Shown: positions 18,504 to 27,866 of the stretch, piece by piece
Position numbering within the stretch: position 1 is the first letter of the stretch
How the letters are laid out: every line of letters starts with the position of its first letter
Assembly (NCBI GenBank): GCA_963736225.1
Contig: CAVTOF010000003.1
Span: 249,901-313,900 of the forward strand
Reading direction: 5' to 3'
Length of the DNA: 64,000 nucleotides
Source of the DNA: an uncultured Acidimicrobiaceae bacterium
Lineage (GTDB): Bacteria > Actinomycetota > Acidimicrobiia > Acidimicrobiales > RAAP-2
Translations under genes and position numbers: made by a program
Notes under the pieces: model-generated
What the model was told of the DNA's origin: nothing
What the model saw: only the letters and a program-made list of their open reading frames with translations
Databases searched by the model: none

Positions 18504-19423
18504 GCGGGGCCGTCATCGCCGGTGGCCCGACCGCGGCCACGATCTTGGCCGCCTGTGCGTCGAGCTCGGGGACCGAGGCTCCCATGGGCAGGCGGCACTG
18601 TCCGACCCGCAGGCCCAGGGCCCGCAGGGCTGCCTTGGCCGGGAGCGGGTTGGGGAAGTCCGCGGAGGATTCGAAATCGAAGGAGTCGAGGAGCTCGGCG
18701 TTGCCGGCGATGGCGGTCGCCACGTCGCCGGCCAAGAAGGCGTCGATCACCGCACGCAGTCGAGGGCCGACCCAGTGCGATGCCACGCTGATGAGACCGA
18801 CCGCACCCACGGCCAGCAGCGGCAGCGTCATGACGTCGTCGCCGCTGTAGATCTCGAAGCCAGGCGGCGCCTGCGCGGCCAGATGCGCGCGTGCCCGGCG
18901 CGTCACCCGCCGCGTCCTTTAATCCCACGATTGCCGGGACCTCACGGGCCAGGCGCAGCACGGTGGCGGTTTCGATCCGGCGCCCGGAGCGGACCGGGAT
19001 GTCGTAGAGCAGGACCGGCAGGTCGCCGGCCGCCTCGGCCACAACCCGGAAGTGCTCGGAGATACCCGCCTGGGACGGCCGGTTGTAATAGGGCGTCACG
19101 ATCAGCACGCCGTCCACACCGGATGCAGCCGCGGCACGGGTCATCGCGATCGAATGCGCGGTGTCGTTGGAACCCGAGCCGGCGATCACCGGGATGGTCA
19201 CTACCTCCGCCACCGCTCGCCACAGCTGGACCTTCTCGTCGTCGGTGAGCACCGAGCTCTCCCCCGTCGAGCCGGAGAGCACGAGTGCGTCGCTGCCGTG
19301 CGCGGCCAGCCAGCGGGCTAGATCCCGGGCCGCGGGCAGGTCGAGTGCACCGTCCTCGTCGAACGGCGTCACCATGGCGGTGATCACCCGCCCGAAGCGG
19401 GGCGAGTCCGGCCCGGGGCTCAT
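18496..19423 (-). pseudogene. dapA: 4-hydroxy-tetrahydrodipicolinate synthase; one frame break near 18905
   Basis: The N-terminal two thirds (ITAMVTPF.., GSTGES, VTPYYNRP, IVGLKDAAGD) lie in ORF 18197..19423. The C-terminus (..FEIYSGDDVMTLPLLAVGAVGLISVASH..) lies in ORF 18496..18906, in another frame. Confidence 0.88.
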
Positions 19424-19455
19424 TGCCCCTTCACGCTACCAGCGCCGGCTGATGC

Positions 19456-20613
19456 TCAGGCGACCTGGCGCTCAGCGGGCGACCCGTCGGCGAACGCGTC
19501 CTCTTCCTCGGTGGAGTCGGTCAGGTTCTCGAAGGCGATCGCCCCCATCTCGGTGAACTTGGTGCGGAGCCAACCGTCGGCGGCGTCGAGCAGGCCCAAC
19601 TTCTTGAGGTTCGGGACGATCTTGGAGAACAGGAGGATCTGGAAGTCGTCGCGCTCGGGCGCCGCCTGCATGACCTTGACCACGTCGGCTGTCGGCACCT
19701 CCATGCGCTCCCACACTTCCTGCATGGCCATGCGGTCCTTCATGCGGATGGCAGCCTCGAATGCGAACTCCTGGCGCTCCCGCAGTTCGGCCGCACTGAG
19801 CTCCTTGTAGTACTCCTGCAGGCTGAGCACACCGAAGGCGACGTGGCGGGCCTCGTCGGCCATGACGTAACGCAGCAGCTTCTTCAGTAGCGGCTCGGTG
19901 GTCATCATGTGGATGAAGCCGAAGGCGGCCAGCGCCAGGCCTTCCACCATGATCTGCATGCCGAGATAGGTCATGTCCCAGCGCGAGTCGGAGACGATGT
20001 CGTCGAGCAGCAGTCCCAGGTGGGCGTTCATCGGGTAGTGACCGGAGAGTTTCTCGTCGAGGTACTTGGAGAAGACCTCGACGTGGCGCGCCTCGTCCAT
20101 CACCTGCGTGGCGGCGTAGTACTTGGCGTCGATCCACGGCACCGTCTCGACGATCTTGGCCGTACAGAGCAATGCGCCCTGCTCGCCGTGCATGAACTGC
20201 GAGAGCAACCAGTTCTGGTTCTGGATACCGAACTCGATGAACTTCTTGTCGTCCCACTTCTCGAGCACGGTGCCGGCCAGTGCCGCTTCGTCCCACTGCA
20301 TCTGGGCCGGGTTGGCCTCGGCGTTGGCGATCACGACCTGCTCCTGGTCGACCTCGATGGACCAGTCCAGGTCGGTCTGCGCGTTCCACTGCGCCTTCTT
20401 CGCCTTCTCGTAGAGCTTGTCGAGCTGTGGCTTGGCGCCCTTCTGGTAGTCCCAGGTGAACTCGGCCGGGCAGTTGTCCGGCACCCGGTGGTATCCCTCG
20501 ACGTCGTAGTGCCCGACGACGCTGAGCACCGCTTCGAGGTCGTCGATGCTGTCGCGCCCGATCAGCTCGAGGTTGGACCTCAGCTGGTCTTGGTCGTCAT
20601 CGAGTGTGGTCAT
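19456..20613 (-). CDS. Ferritin-like di-iron carboxylate protein (AurF-like oxygenase family, by resemblance)
   Basis: Two ExxH motifs (MDEARHVEVF, ADEARHVAFG) plus FMHGEQGA. 385 aa. The start overlaps the upstream TetR gene by 17 nt. Confidence 0.6.
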   Translation of the reverse strand: MTTLDDDQDQLRSNLELIGRDSIDDLEAVLSVVGHYDVEGYHRVPDNCPAEFTWDYQKGAKPQLDKLYEKAKKAQWNAQTDLDWSIEVDQEQVVIANAEANPAQMQWDEAALAGTVLEKWDDKKFIEFGIQNQNWLLSQFMHGEQGALLCTAKIVETVPWIDAKYYAATQVMDEARHVEVFSKYLDEKLSGHYPMNAHLGLLLDDIVSDSRWDMTYLGMQIMVEGLALAAFGFIHMMTTEPLLKKLLRYVMADEARHVAFGVLSLQEYYKELSAAELRERQEFAFEAAIRMKDRMAMQEVWERMEVPTADVVKVMQAAPERDDFQILLFSKIVPNLKKLGLLDAADGWLRTKFTEMGAIAFENLTDSTEEEDAFADGSPAERQVA

Positions 20614-21355
20614 GGAGCCGCCCCCTTGGGTGGTGAGAGTCAGTGGAAATGGAAGTGGAGACTGAACGCGTCGTCGGTGCGGGTCCGGCCGAATCGACTC
20701 GCAGGGCCAGGATGCCAGGCAGTACGAAACGACGCACGAGTGTGCGGGTCTGGTCGAGGTCGGTCAGGTCCGTGCCCGGAGACGGGTTGGCGCAATACGC
20801 CATCACGATGCGCACAGCCCACTCGGCCGCACGCGAGGCCTGGTCGGGCTCGAGCCAGCGGGCGAAGAACGGCGCGGCCAGATCGCCGGCGACCAGGAGC
20901 ACGCGGTCGAGTTGGCTGAAGGTCAGGTAGGGCAAGACCGCGCCGGGCTCGTGCGCCAGCAGGTAGCTCAGCGCAGCGTGGTCGCGCAGGCCGCGGGCGG
21001 ACTCGACCATGCCGGCGACCAGCACGTCCTCGAGATCGGTGGCCTCCCCCATGGCGACGGCCAGGGAGGAGAACAGCCGAGCCACCTCGGTTTCGACCAC
21101 GGCGGCGAGGATCCCCTCCTTGCCGCGGGGAAAGGTCCGGTAGACCGTCGCCCGGGACAGGCGGGCCGCCCGGGCGATGTCGTCCACCGTCGTCTTGGCG
21201 ATCCCCTGGCGGGCAAGGCACTCGAGGGCGCCGTCGACGATGCGGACCCGGGTCGACGAGCGGTCGTCCGCGCCGAGATGCCGCACGACGGCCCCGCGCT
21301 CCGTCGACGCCGTGCCGGGGTTTCCCCGCTCAACTCGTGCCGCAGCCACACCCAC
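20597..21355 (-). CDS. TetR/AcrR family transcriptional regulator
   Basis: HTH region GIAKTTVDDIARAARLSRATVYRTFPRGKEGIL. The start codon is uncertain (long N-terminal extension in the ORF). Confidence 0.85.
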   Translation of the reverse strand: MGVAAARVERGNPGTASTERGAVVRHLGADDRSSTRVRIVDGALECLARQGIAKTTVDDIARAARLSRATVYRTFPRGKEGILAAVVETEVARLFSSLAVAMGEATDLEDVLVAGMVESARGLRDHAALSYLLAHEPGAVLPYLTFSQLDRVLLVAGDLAAPFFARWLEPDQASRAAEWAVRIVMAYCANPSPGTDLTDLDQTRTLVRRFVLPGILALRVDSAGPAPTTRSVSTSISTDSHHPRGRLHDHTR

Positions 21356-21417
21356 TGATGAAACAGTATGGCGATATTTGTCTCACTGTCAACCAATTGG
21401 CCGAGGAGGACCGGGCC

Positions 21418-22314
21418 TTAACTGAGATTGACGTGGCCGGGCGCCACCCCGCTGATCAAGAAGCCGAGCACAGCCAGGGCGGCGACGCTCCCCCCGAGGG
21501 TCAGGGCCAGCGCCCGCCCCTGGTCTCGCAATTGCCCGGCGTAGTCGTAGAGCCAGGCCAGGGCGGCGCCGGTCGCCAGGCCGCCCAAGTGGGCACGCCA
21601 GTCGATGTTGCCGCTGAAGCCGATCAGGAAGTTCAAGACGATCAGGCCCACCACCGGCGCGATCGGCAGGTGGCGTCGCAAGCCGATGACGACATAAGCC
21701 GCCATGACGCCGATGATGGCGCCCGACGCGCCCAGCCCGTACTCGTTGTGGGGCCCGAGGAGGTAGGAGCCGACGCTGCCACCGAGCCCCGCAATGAGAT
21801 AGAGCGCGATGAAACGGATCTTGCCCAGCAGCACCTCGACGGCCGGCCCGACGATGAGGAGGGCGATCATGTTGAAGAAGATGTGCACGAAGTCGGCGTG
21901 CAGCCACATGGCCGTGAACGCTCGGTAGTACTGGCTCTGTTGGTGCACCAGGTCCGGATCCATGGAGTAGCGCTCCACGACTCGCAGGTTGTTCCCGAAG
22001 TCCTCGAGGAAGAACACGACCACATTGACCGCGATGATCAAGAGGACAATCGGCGTCGGGTTGGTGGATCCGACCACGCCCGTGTGTCCGGGGCTGGTGT
22101 GGGTGAACGCGGGCACGTGGCGCGAGCGCTTGGCGCCCTCTGTGGTGCAGGCCGGGCACTGCCAGCCCACCGGCGCCGCCACCATGCAGTCGGTGCAGAT
22201 GGGTTTGTCGCAGTGCCCGCACAACACAGACGCCGCCCGCTCGGGGTGGCGGTAGCACGGCGGTGGCGGGGCCGGCTCGGGCTGACGCGCCGGCTCGGGT
22301 GGCGGGCCGCTCAC
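21418..22314 (-). CDS. Rhomboid family intramembrane serine protease with an N-terminal zinc ribbon
   Basis: CYRHP..CGHCDKPICTDC..CPAC zinc ribbon. Rhomboid motifs WLHADFVHIFFNM and GASGAIIG, and a later H in a TM helix. Confidence 0.88.
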   Translation of the reverse strand: MSGPPPEPARQPEPAPPPPCYRHPERAASVLCGHCDKPICTDCMVAAPVGWQCPACTTEGAKRSRHVPAFTHTSPGHTGVVGSTNPTPIVLLIIAVNVVVFFLEDFGNNLRVVERYSMDPDLVHQQSQYYRAFTAMWLHADFVHIFFNMIALLIVGPAVEVLLGKIRFIALYLIAGLGGSVGSYLLGPHNEYGLGASGAIIGVMAAYVVIGLRRHLPIAPVVGLIVLNFLIGFSGNIDWRAHLGGLATGAALAWLYDYAGQLRDQGRALALTLGGSVAALAVLGFLISGVAPGHVNLS

Positions 22315-22871
22315 CTGATGCCGGCCAGCAGCTCGGACCGGACCAGCAGCGCCACCTGCTCGGGGTCGTTGAGGTCCCAGCGCCCCGGCGACGCAATGTA
22401 CGAGAGCACCATGCGGGCCAGAAAGTCCGCCGCCGTGTCCAGTTCGGTTCCCTCGGCCATGCCGTGGCGGACCAGGTACGGCACCAAGAAGCCGGCCACC
22501 AGTGTGTGCGTCTGATCGGCCTCAATGGTCAGGCGCGGCAAGAGGATCTCCGGCTCGGTGACGAGGATGCGCTGGAGCACCTCGTGCTCGACCAGGGCCC
22601 GGTGGGCGAACACGAGTCCGCGCTCCATCACCTCTTCGAGGCTTTCAGCGTCGGACACCTCTTGGTACAGCCGAAGGAAGAAGCGGGCGAACTCCCAGCC
22701 GACGACCGCCGAGATCAGTTCGTCGCGACCTCCGGGGAAGTAGCGGTACACCGTCGCCCGGGACACACCGGCCTCGCGCGCCGCGTCCTCGATTGTCGTC
22801 TTGGCGAGGCCCCAGCGGGCCACGCAGTCGTAGGTGGCCTGCAGGAGCCGCTCCCGGACGTCGGAGCTCAC
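22311..22871 (-). CDS. TetR/AcrR family transcriptional regulator
   Basis: HTH region GLAKTTIEDAAREAGVSRATVYRYFPGGRDELI. It has 4-nt overlaps with dapB (upstream) and the rhomboid gene (downstream). Confidence 0.88.
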   Translation of the reverse strand: MSSDVRERLLQATYDCVARWGLAKTTIEDAAREAGVSRATVYRYFPGGRDELISAVVGWEFARFFLRLYQEVSDAESLEEVMERGLVFAHRALVEHEVLQRILVTEPEILLPRLTIEADQTHTLVAGFLVPYLVRHGMAEGTELDTAADFLARMVLSYIASPGRWDLNDPEQVALLVRSELLAGIR

Positions 22872-23653
22872 AGGCCGAGGACAGCCTCGAGACCCACGGT
22901 CAGACCGGGCCGCCGTGGCACCTCGCGCACCGCTCGCAAGACGCCGGGCATGAAGGAACGCCGGTCATAGGAATCGTGGCGGATGCTGAGACTCTGGCCC
23001 GCCGCGCCGAAGATGACCTCCTCGTGCGCGACGAGGCCGGGGAGGCGCACCGAATGCACGTGGATCCCGTCTGCACTCGACGCGCCACGTGCTCCTTCGA
23101 GCACCACGTCGGTCGTCGGATCGGGTGGGAGCGGTGCGCTGCCCGCCGACCGCCGCGCCGCCTCGATGGCCGCCACCGTGTGCATCGCCGTTCCCGACGG
23201 CGCGTCGCGCTTGGCGTCATGGTGGAGCTCGATGACCTCGACTCCATCCATATAGGGCGCCGCGATGCGGCACAGGTGCAGCAGCAGCACGGCGCCGATT
23301 GCGAAGTTGGCGGCCACGATCGCGTTGGCCCCGCTCCCCTCGAAGTGCTGGGCGATGGCGTCGAGGTCGGCGTCGGACAGACCGCTCGTCCCGATCACCG
23401 CGTGGACCTGCTGGTCGGCGTAGTGCGACACGTTGTGGCGCACCGCCTCGGCGACGGTGAAGTCCACCACCACGTCGACGCCGAGGTCGCGCAGCGCGTT
23501 CACCTCGCCGACGATTGCGTGGCGGCACACCTCGTCCCCGACGTGAGCGGGGTCGATTGCCGCCGCCAGCTCCATGTCGGGCGCCTCGGTCACCACGCGG
23601 CACACCTCGTGGCCCATGCGGCCGCCGGCGCCGACCACACCGACCCTCTGCAT
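22868..23653 (-). CDS. dapB: 4-hydroxy-tetrahydrodipicolinate reductase
   Basis: VGVVGAGGRMG nucleotide-binding N-terminus and IELHHDAKRDAPSGTA signature. Confidence 0.92.
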   Translation of the reverse strand: MQRVGVVGAGGRMGHEVCRVVTEAPDMELAAAIDPAHVGDEVCRHAIVGEVNALRDLGVDVVVDFTVAEAVRHNVSHYADQQVHAVIGTSGLSDADLDAIAQHFEGSGANAIVAANFAIGAVLLLHLCRIAAPYMDGVEVIELHHDAKRDAPSGTAMHTVAAIEAARRSAGSAPLPPDPTTDVVLEGARGASSADGIHVHSVRLPGLVAHEEVIFGAAGQSLSIRHDSYDRRSFMPGVLRAVREVPRRPGLTVGLEAVLGL

Positions 23654-23663
23654 GGTGAGCAGG

Positions 23664-24926
23664 TTACCGGGCGGCCATGGCGGGCAGGTGGGACTCGAAG
23701 TCGTGTTCGTCGAACGGCCCCACCGCGCTCAACGTGCGCGGCGAGGCGGCAAGCATCTGTGCCGCCGCCTGTACCTGCGCGCGATCGACCGCGTCGATCT
23801 TGCCCAAGATCTCGTCGACCGACTGCACCTCGTCGTGCAACAGGAGCGAGGCGCCGATGCGGCTCATCCGGGCTCCCGAGTCCTCGCCCGAGAGCAACAT
23901 CTCGGCGCGCAGGTATCCCCTGGCGACCGCCAGCTCCCGTTCGGTCACCCCCTCGTTCGCCAGGAGCTCGAGCTCGTCGTTGACGATGCGCAGCACCTCG
24001 TCGACGTGCGCGGGTGCCGTACCGACCACGACCGCCAGCGAGCCCGCGTCGGCATACGCGGCGCGCTCGGACCAGACCGAGTAGGCCAGGCCACGCTGCT
24101 CGCGCACCTTTTGGAACAGCCGGCTCGACAGACCACCCCCGAGCACGTGATTCAGCACGGCGAGAGCCCAGCGGCGCTCGTCGAAGCGCGACACCGAGCG
24201 CGCCCCGTAGACGAGGTGCGCCTGCTCGGTGGTCCGCCGCACCACCTCGAGGTTGACGGCGTCGGGGCCGGGCGCGGTGCGCGTCGGCGCCTCACCACCG
24301 GGCACCCCGGCGAAACGCTCCTCGAGTGCGGCCGCGACCAGCTCGTGTGTGCAGTCGCCGGCCACCGACACGACCATGTTGGCCGGGCGGTAGTGGTGGG
24401 CCAGAAAGGAGGCCACGTCGTCGGGGGTGATGCGCCGGACCGATGACGCCGTCCCGAGCGTGTCGCGTCCGAGCGGATGATCGGGGAATACGGCGCGCTG
24501 CCAGCATTCCGAGGCCAGGTCCACCGGTTCGTCGGCGTGCATAAGGATCTCGTCGAGGATCACGGTGCGCTCGGCCTCGAGATCGTCGGGGCGCAGCGCC
24601 GGCGCCCACACGATGTCGCTCAGGATGTCGAGGCCCAACCCGAGGTGGTCAGAGAGAAGGCGCACGTAGAACGTCGTGTACTCCTTCGTGGTGAAGGCGT
24701 TGCAATCACCGCCGACCTCGTCGAGCTGCTCCGCGATCGCCGCCGCCGATCGCCGTTCGGTCCCCTTGAAGAGCAGGTGCTCCAAGAAGTGCGACGCGCC
24801 GGCGAGCTCGTCGGGTTCGTCCCGCGAACCGGTGCCCACCCAGAATGCCACCGCCACCGAGCGGACGTCCGCCATGGTCTCGGTGACCAGGCGGATGCCG
24901 CTGGGTAGAACTGATGTCTCGATCAA
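23664..24926 (-). CDS. M16 (pitrilysin/insulinase) family zinc peptidase
   Basis: Inverted zinc motif HFLEHLLFKGT. 420 aa. It sits immediately downstream of pnp, in the position of mycobacterial pepR. Confidence 0.88.
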   Translation of the reverse strand: MIETSVLPSGIRLVTETMADVRSVAVAFWVGTGSRDEPDELAGASHFLEHLLFKGTERRSAAAIAEQLDEVGGDCNAFTTKEYTTFYVRLLSDHLGLGLDILSDIVWAPALRPDDLEAERTVILDEILMHADEPVDLASECWQRAVFPDHPLGRDTLGTASSVRRITPDDVASFLAHHYRPANMVVSVAGDCTHELVAAALEERFAGVPGGEAPTRTAPGPDAVNLEVVRRTTEQAHLVYGARSVSRFDERRWALAVLNHVLGGGLSSRLFQKVREQRGLAYSVWSERAAYADAGSLAVVVGTAPAHVDEVLRIVNDELELLANEGVTERELAVARGYLRAEMLLSGEDSGARMSRIGASLLLHDEVQSVDEILGKIDAVDRAQVQAAAQMLAASPRTLSAVGPFDEHDFESHLPAMAAR

Positions 24927-27409
24927 CGACGGCGCGAGCGCCCGCGTGAGGGACGGCGGTCGTTGCCGCGGTCGCCCCGATCACCGCGGTCCGGGCGGCC
25001 ACCGTCGCCCTCACCAGCGCCGGGACCGAGGTCGCCCAGGTCGGCCACGAGCTCGGCCTCGAACGCGTCCTCGAAGGAGGGTGCGCTGCGATCGCCGCCG
25101 CCGGACCTCGTGCCTCCCGAGCTCGCGCCACCCGAGCTCGTGCCACCGGAGCTCGTGCCACCGGAGCTCGCACTGTCACCGTTGGCCGAGCCGCCGCCCG
25201 ACCGCTCTCCGCCGCCTTCGGGCACCGAGGCGAGCGAGAGGGAGACCTTGCCCTGCGGGTCGATGTCGTCGACGCGCACCTCGACCGCCTGGCCCAGCGT
25301 CAGCACGTCCTCGACGTTGTTGATGCGCTTGCCGCCGGCCAGTGAGGACAGCTTCGAGATGTGCAGCAGGCCGTCCCGGCCCGGCAGCACGTTGACGAAG
25401 GCGCCGAACTTGGTGATGTTGACGACCCTGCCGGCGTACACGGCGCCGACCTCGGCGGTGGGCGGGTCCAGGATGAGCGCGATGCGGCGGCGGGCCTCTT
25501 CCACCGCGTTGCCGTCCTTGGCCCCGATCGTCACTGTGCCGACGACCCCGTCGTCGTCCACCGCGATGTCGGCCCCGGTCTCCTGCTGCAGCGTGTTGAT
25601 GACCTTGCCCTTCGGGCCGATGACCTCACCGATCTTGTCGATCGGGATCTCCATGGACACGATCTTCGGCGCACTGTTCGCCACGTGCTCTCTCGGCTCG
25701 GGGATGGCGCCGGCCATGACCCCCAGGATGGTCAGGCGGGCCTCCTTGGCCTGCAGCAGCGCTTTGGCCAGGACGTCGGCGGGCAGGCCGTCGATCTTCG
25801 TGTCGAGTTGCAGCGCCGTGACGGCGTCGGCGGTGCCCGCCACCTTGAAGTCCATGTCGCCGAAGGCATCCTCCGCACCGAGGATGTCGGTGAGGGTGAC
25901 GTAGGCGTTGCCGTCGTAGACCAGGCCCATGGCGATGCCCGCCACCGGCGCCTTGATCGGCACGCCGGCCGCCATGAGCGAGAGGCTCGACCCGCAGACA
26001 GAGGCCATGGAGGTCGAGCCGTTCGAGGCGAGGACGTCGGAGACGACACGCAAGGTGTAGGGGAACTCCTCGGCGCTCGGCACCACGGGGAGCAGGGCCC
26101 GCTCGGCCAGCAAGCCGTGGCCGATCTCGCGCCGCTTCGGTCCCCGCATGAAGCCGGTCTCACCGGTCGAGTAGGGCGGGAAGTTGTAGTGGTGCATGTA
26201 GCGCTTCGACTCGACCGGAGTGATCGTGTCGAGGAGCTGGTTCATCCGGGGCATGCCCAGCGTGGTGACGTTGAGGACCTGGGTCTCGCCGCGCTGGAAC
26301 AAGGCCGAGCCGTGCGCCGTCGGGAACAGGTCGACCTCGGCCGACAACGGGCGGATGTCCGCCGTGCCCCGGCCGTCGATGCGGACGCCCTCCTCGATGA
26401 TGCGTTTGCGCACGAGCTTCTTGGTCAGCGCCCGGATGGCCGCCTTGACCTCACCCGCCCGCTCGGGGAACTCCTCGGCCAGGCTTGCCTTGATCTCGTC
26501 GCCGGCGGCGTCGAGAGCGGCGTTGCGCTCGGCCTTCGACGTCACCAGGTTGGCCTTGGCGATGGCATCGCTGCCCACCGCCTGGACACGGGCAAACACG
26601 TCGTCCTCGTAGTCGGTGTGGATCGAGTACGGGATCGTCTCGATGGGCCCGCGCGCCGCGGTGAACGCCTCGACCAGCTGGCGCTGCAGGACGATCGATT
26701 CACTGATCCATTGCTTGGACGCCTCGAGGCCGGCCGCCAGCACCTCCTCGGTCACCTTGGGCGCGCCTGCCTCGTAGTAGTCCCACGACTTCTCGCTTCC
26801 GCCAGCCTCGACCATCATGATGGCGATGTCGCTGTCGGCGTCCTCACCGACGGCACGGCCGGCCACCACGAGCTCGAAGGTGGATTCCTCGCCCTCCTCG
26901 AACGTGGGGTGCCCGATCCAACTGCCCTCGGTGGTGTACGCGACACGCACTGCCCCGATCGGGCCGTCGAAAGGGATGCCCGAGATCATCAGTGCCGCCG
27001 AGGCGGCGTTGATGGCCAGGACGTCGTGCGGGTTGACCTGGTCGGCCCCGACCACGGTTCCCACGATGTGCACTTCGTTCCGGAACCCCTCGGGGAACGA
27101 GGGGCGAAGGGGGCGGTCGATGAGGCGGTCGGTCAGGATCGCCTGATCCGAGGCCTTGCCCTCGCGCCGGAAGAACGAGCCGGGGATCTTGCCCGCGGCG
27201 TAGGTGCGCTCCTCGATGTCGACGGTCAGAGGGAAGAAGTCCGTGCCCTCCCGGACCGAGCGCGCCGCCACCGCGGTCGCGAGGACGTTGGTGTCCCCGA
27301 TCCGGGCGAGTACGGCGCCGTCGGCCAGTTGGGCGAGCTTGCCCGCCTCGAATGACATGGTTCGGTCCGTCCCACCAATGGGGGACGAGACGTGAATGGC
27401 ATCAGCCAT
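24923..27409 (-). CDS. pnp: Polyribonucleotide nucleotidyltransferase (PNPase) with a ~110-aa low-complexity C-terminal tail
   Basis: Two RNase PH domains, a KH domain and an S1 domain (..GAVYAGRVVNITKFGAFVNVLPGRDGLLHISK..), followed by a Gly/Ser repeat and an Arg/Asp-rich tail. Confidence 0.95.
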   Translation of the reverse strand: MADAIHVSSPIGGTDRTMSFEAGKLAQLADGAVLARIGDTNVLATAVAARSVREGTDFFPLTVDIEERTYAAGKIPGSFFRREGKASDQAILTDRLIDRPLRPSFPEGFRNEVHIVGTVVGADQVNPHDVLAINAASAALMISGIPFDGPIGAVRVAYTTEGSWIGHPTFEEGEESTFELVVAGRAVGEDADSDIAIMMVEAGGSEKSWDYYEAGAPKVTEEVLAAGLEASKQWISESIVLQRQLVEAFTAARGPIETIPYSIHTDYEDDVFARVQAVGSDAIAKANLVTSKAERNAALDAAGDEIKASLAEEFPERAGEVKAAIRALTKKLVRKRIIEEGVRIDGRGTADIRPLSAEVDLFPTAHGSALFQRGETQVLNVTTLGMPRMNQLLDTITPVESKRYMHHYNFPPYSTGETGFMRGPKRREIGHGLLAERALLPVVPSAEEFPYTLRVVSDVLASNGSTSMASVCGSSLSLMAAGVPIKAPVAGIAMGLVYDGNAYVTLTDILGAEDAFGDMDFKVAGTADAVTALQLDTKIDGLPADVLAKALLQAKEARLTILGVMAGAIPEPREHVANSAPKIVSMEIPIDKIGEVIGPKGKVINTLQQETGADIAVDDDGVVGTVTIGAKDGNAVEEARRRIALILDPPTAEVGAVYAGRVVNITKFGAFVNVLPGRDGLLHISKLSSLAGGKRINNVEDVLTLGQAVEVRVDDIDPQGKVSLSLASVPEGGGERSGGGSANGDSASSGGTSSGGTSSGGASSGGTRSGGGDRSAPSFEDAFEAELVADLGDLGPGAGEGDGGRPDRGDRGDRGNDRRPSRGRSRRR
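25096..25172 (-). repeat. Imperfect 15-nt tandem repeat encoding the (S)SGGT(S) units of the PNPase tail
   Basis: Plus strand: ..cctcccgagctcgcg ccacccgagctcgtg ccaccggagctcgtg ccaccggagctcgca.. The protein reads SSGGTSSGGTSSGGASSGGT. Confidence 0.7.
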
Positions 27410-27527
27410 GATGCTCCTCGTTTGTCAGGGGCATCTCTGCTGGTTCCCAGTGGTCGACCACCTCGCACTGGAAGTGACCGGCGACTGGCAGCCAGTGCCT
27501 CGAGACGCCCGGTTCTGTGATGCCCCG
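27410..27527 (-). promoter_or_regulatory. Structured rpsO-pnp intergenic leader (consistent with the Actino-pnp RNA motif / RNase III autoregulation site)
   Basis: On the minus strand, GGGGCAUC (27526..27519) pairs with GAUGCCCC (27435..27428). They enclose about 83 nt with internal stems (CCAGUG..CACUGG around a GGUCGACC palindrome). It lies directly upstream of the pnp ATG. Confidence 0.55.
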
Positions 27528-27785
27528 CTACCGTCGGATGCCGAGTCGGCTGATGATGGAGCGGTAGCGCTCGACGTCGTTCTTGCGCACGTAGTCGAGC
27601 AGCCGGCGACGCTGGCCGATGAGCTTCATCAGGCCGCGCCGGGTGTGGTGGTCCCCTTTGTGCTCCTTCAAGTGCTCCGTCAGGTGGTTGATCCGCCCCG
27701 ACAGCAGGGCTATCTGCACCTCGGGAGAACCGGTGTCATGGTCATGCAACCGGTACTCGGAGATGGTGGCCTGCGTGTCGGGCAT
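27528..27785 (-). CDS. rpsO: 30S ribosomal protein S15
   Basis: 85 aa, ..[47 protein letters not shown].. Confidence 0.95.
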   Translation of the reverse strand: MPDTQATISEYRLHDHDTGSPEVQIALLSGRINHLTEHLKEHKGDHHTRRGLMKLIGQRRRLLDYVRKNDVERYRSIISRLGIRR

Positions 27786-27866
27786 ACAGAAAGAACCTCG
27801 AAGACAATGTCGGAGTGCCCGGGGACCTGTCCCCGGCCGCTGGCTATGCTAGCAGCCCCCGCCTGA

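Noticed and set aside
18197-19423. 408-aa ORF suggesting a long DapA extending over the RNase J start
   Set aside because: After ..IVGLKDAAGD the sequence turns into Arg/Gly-rich nonsense overlapping rnj out of frame. The genuine DapA C-terminus is in ORF 18496..18906.
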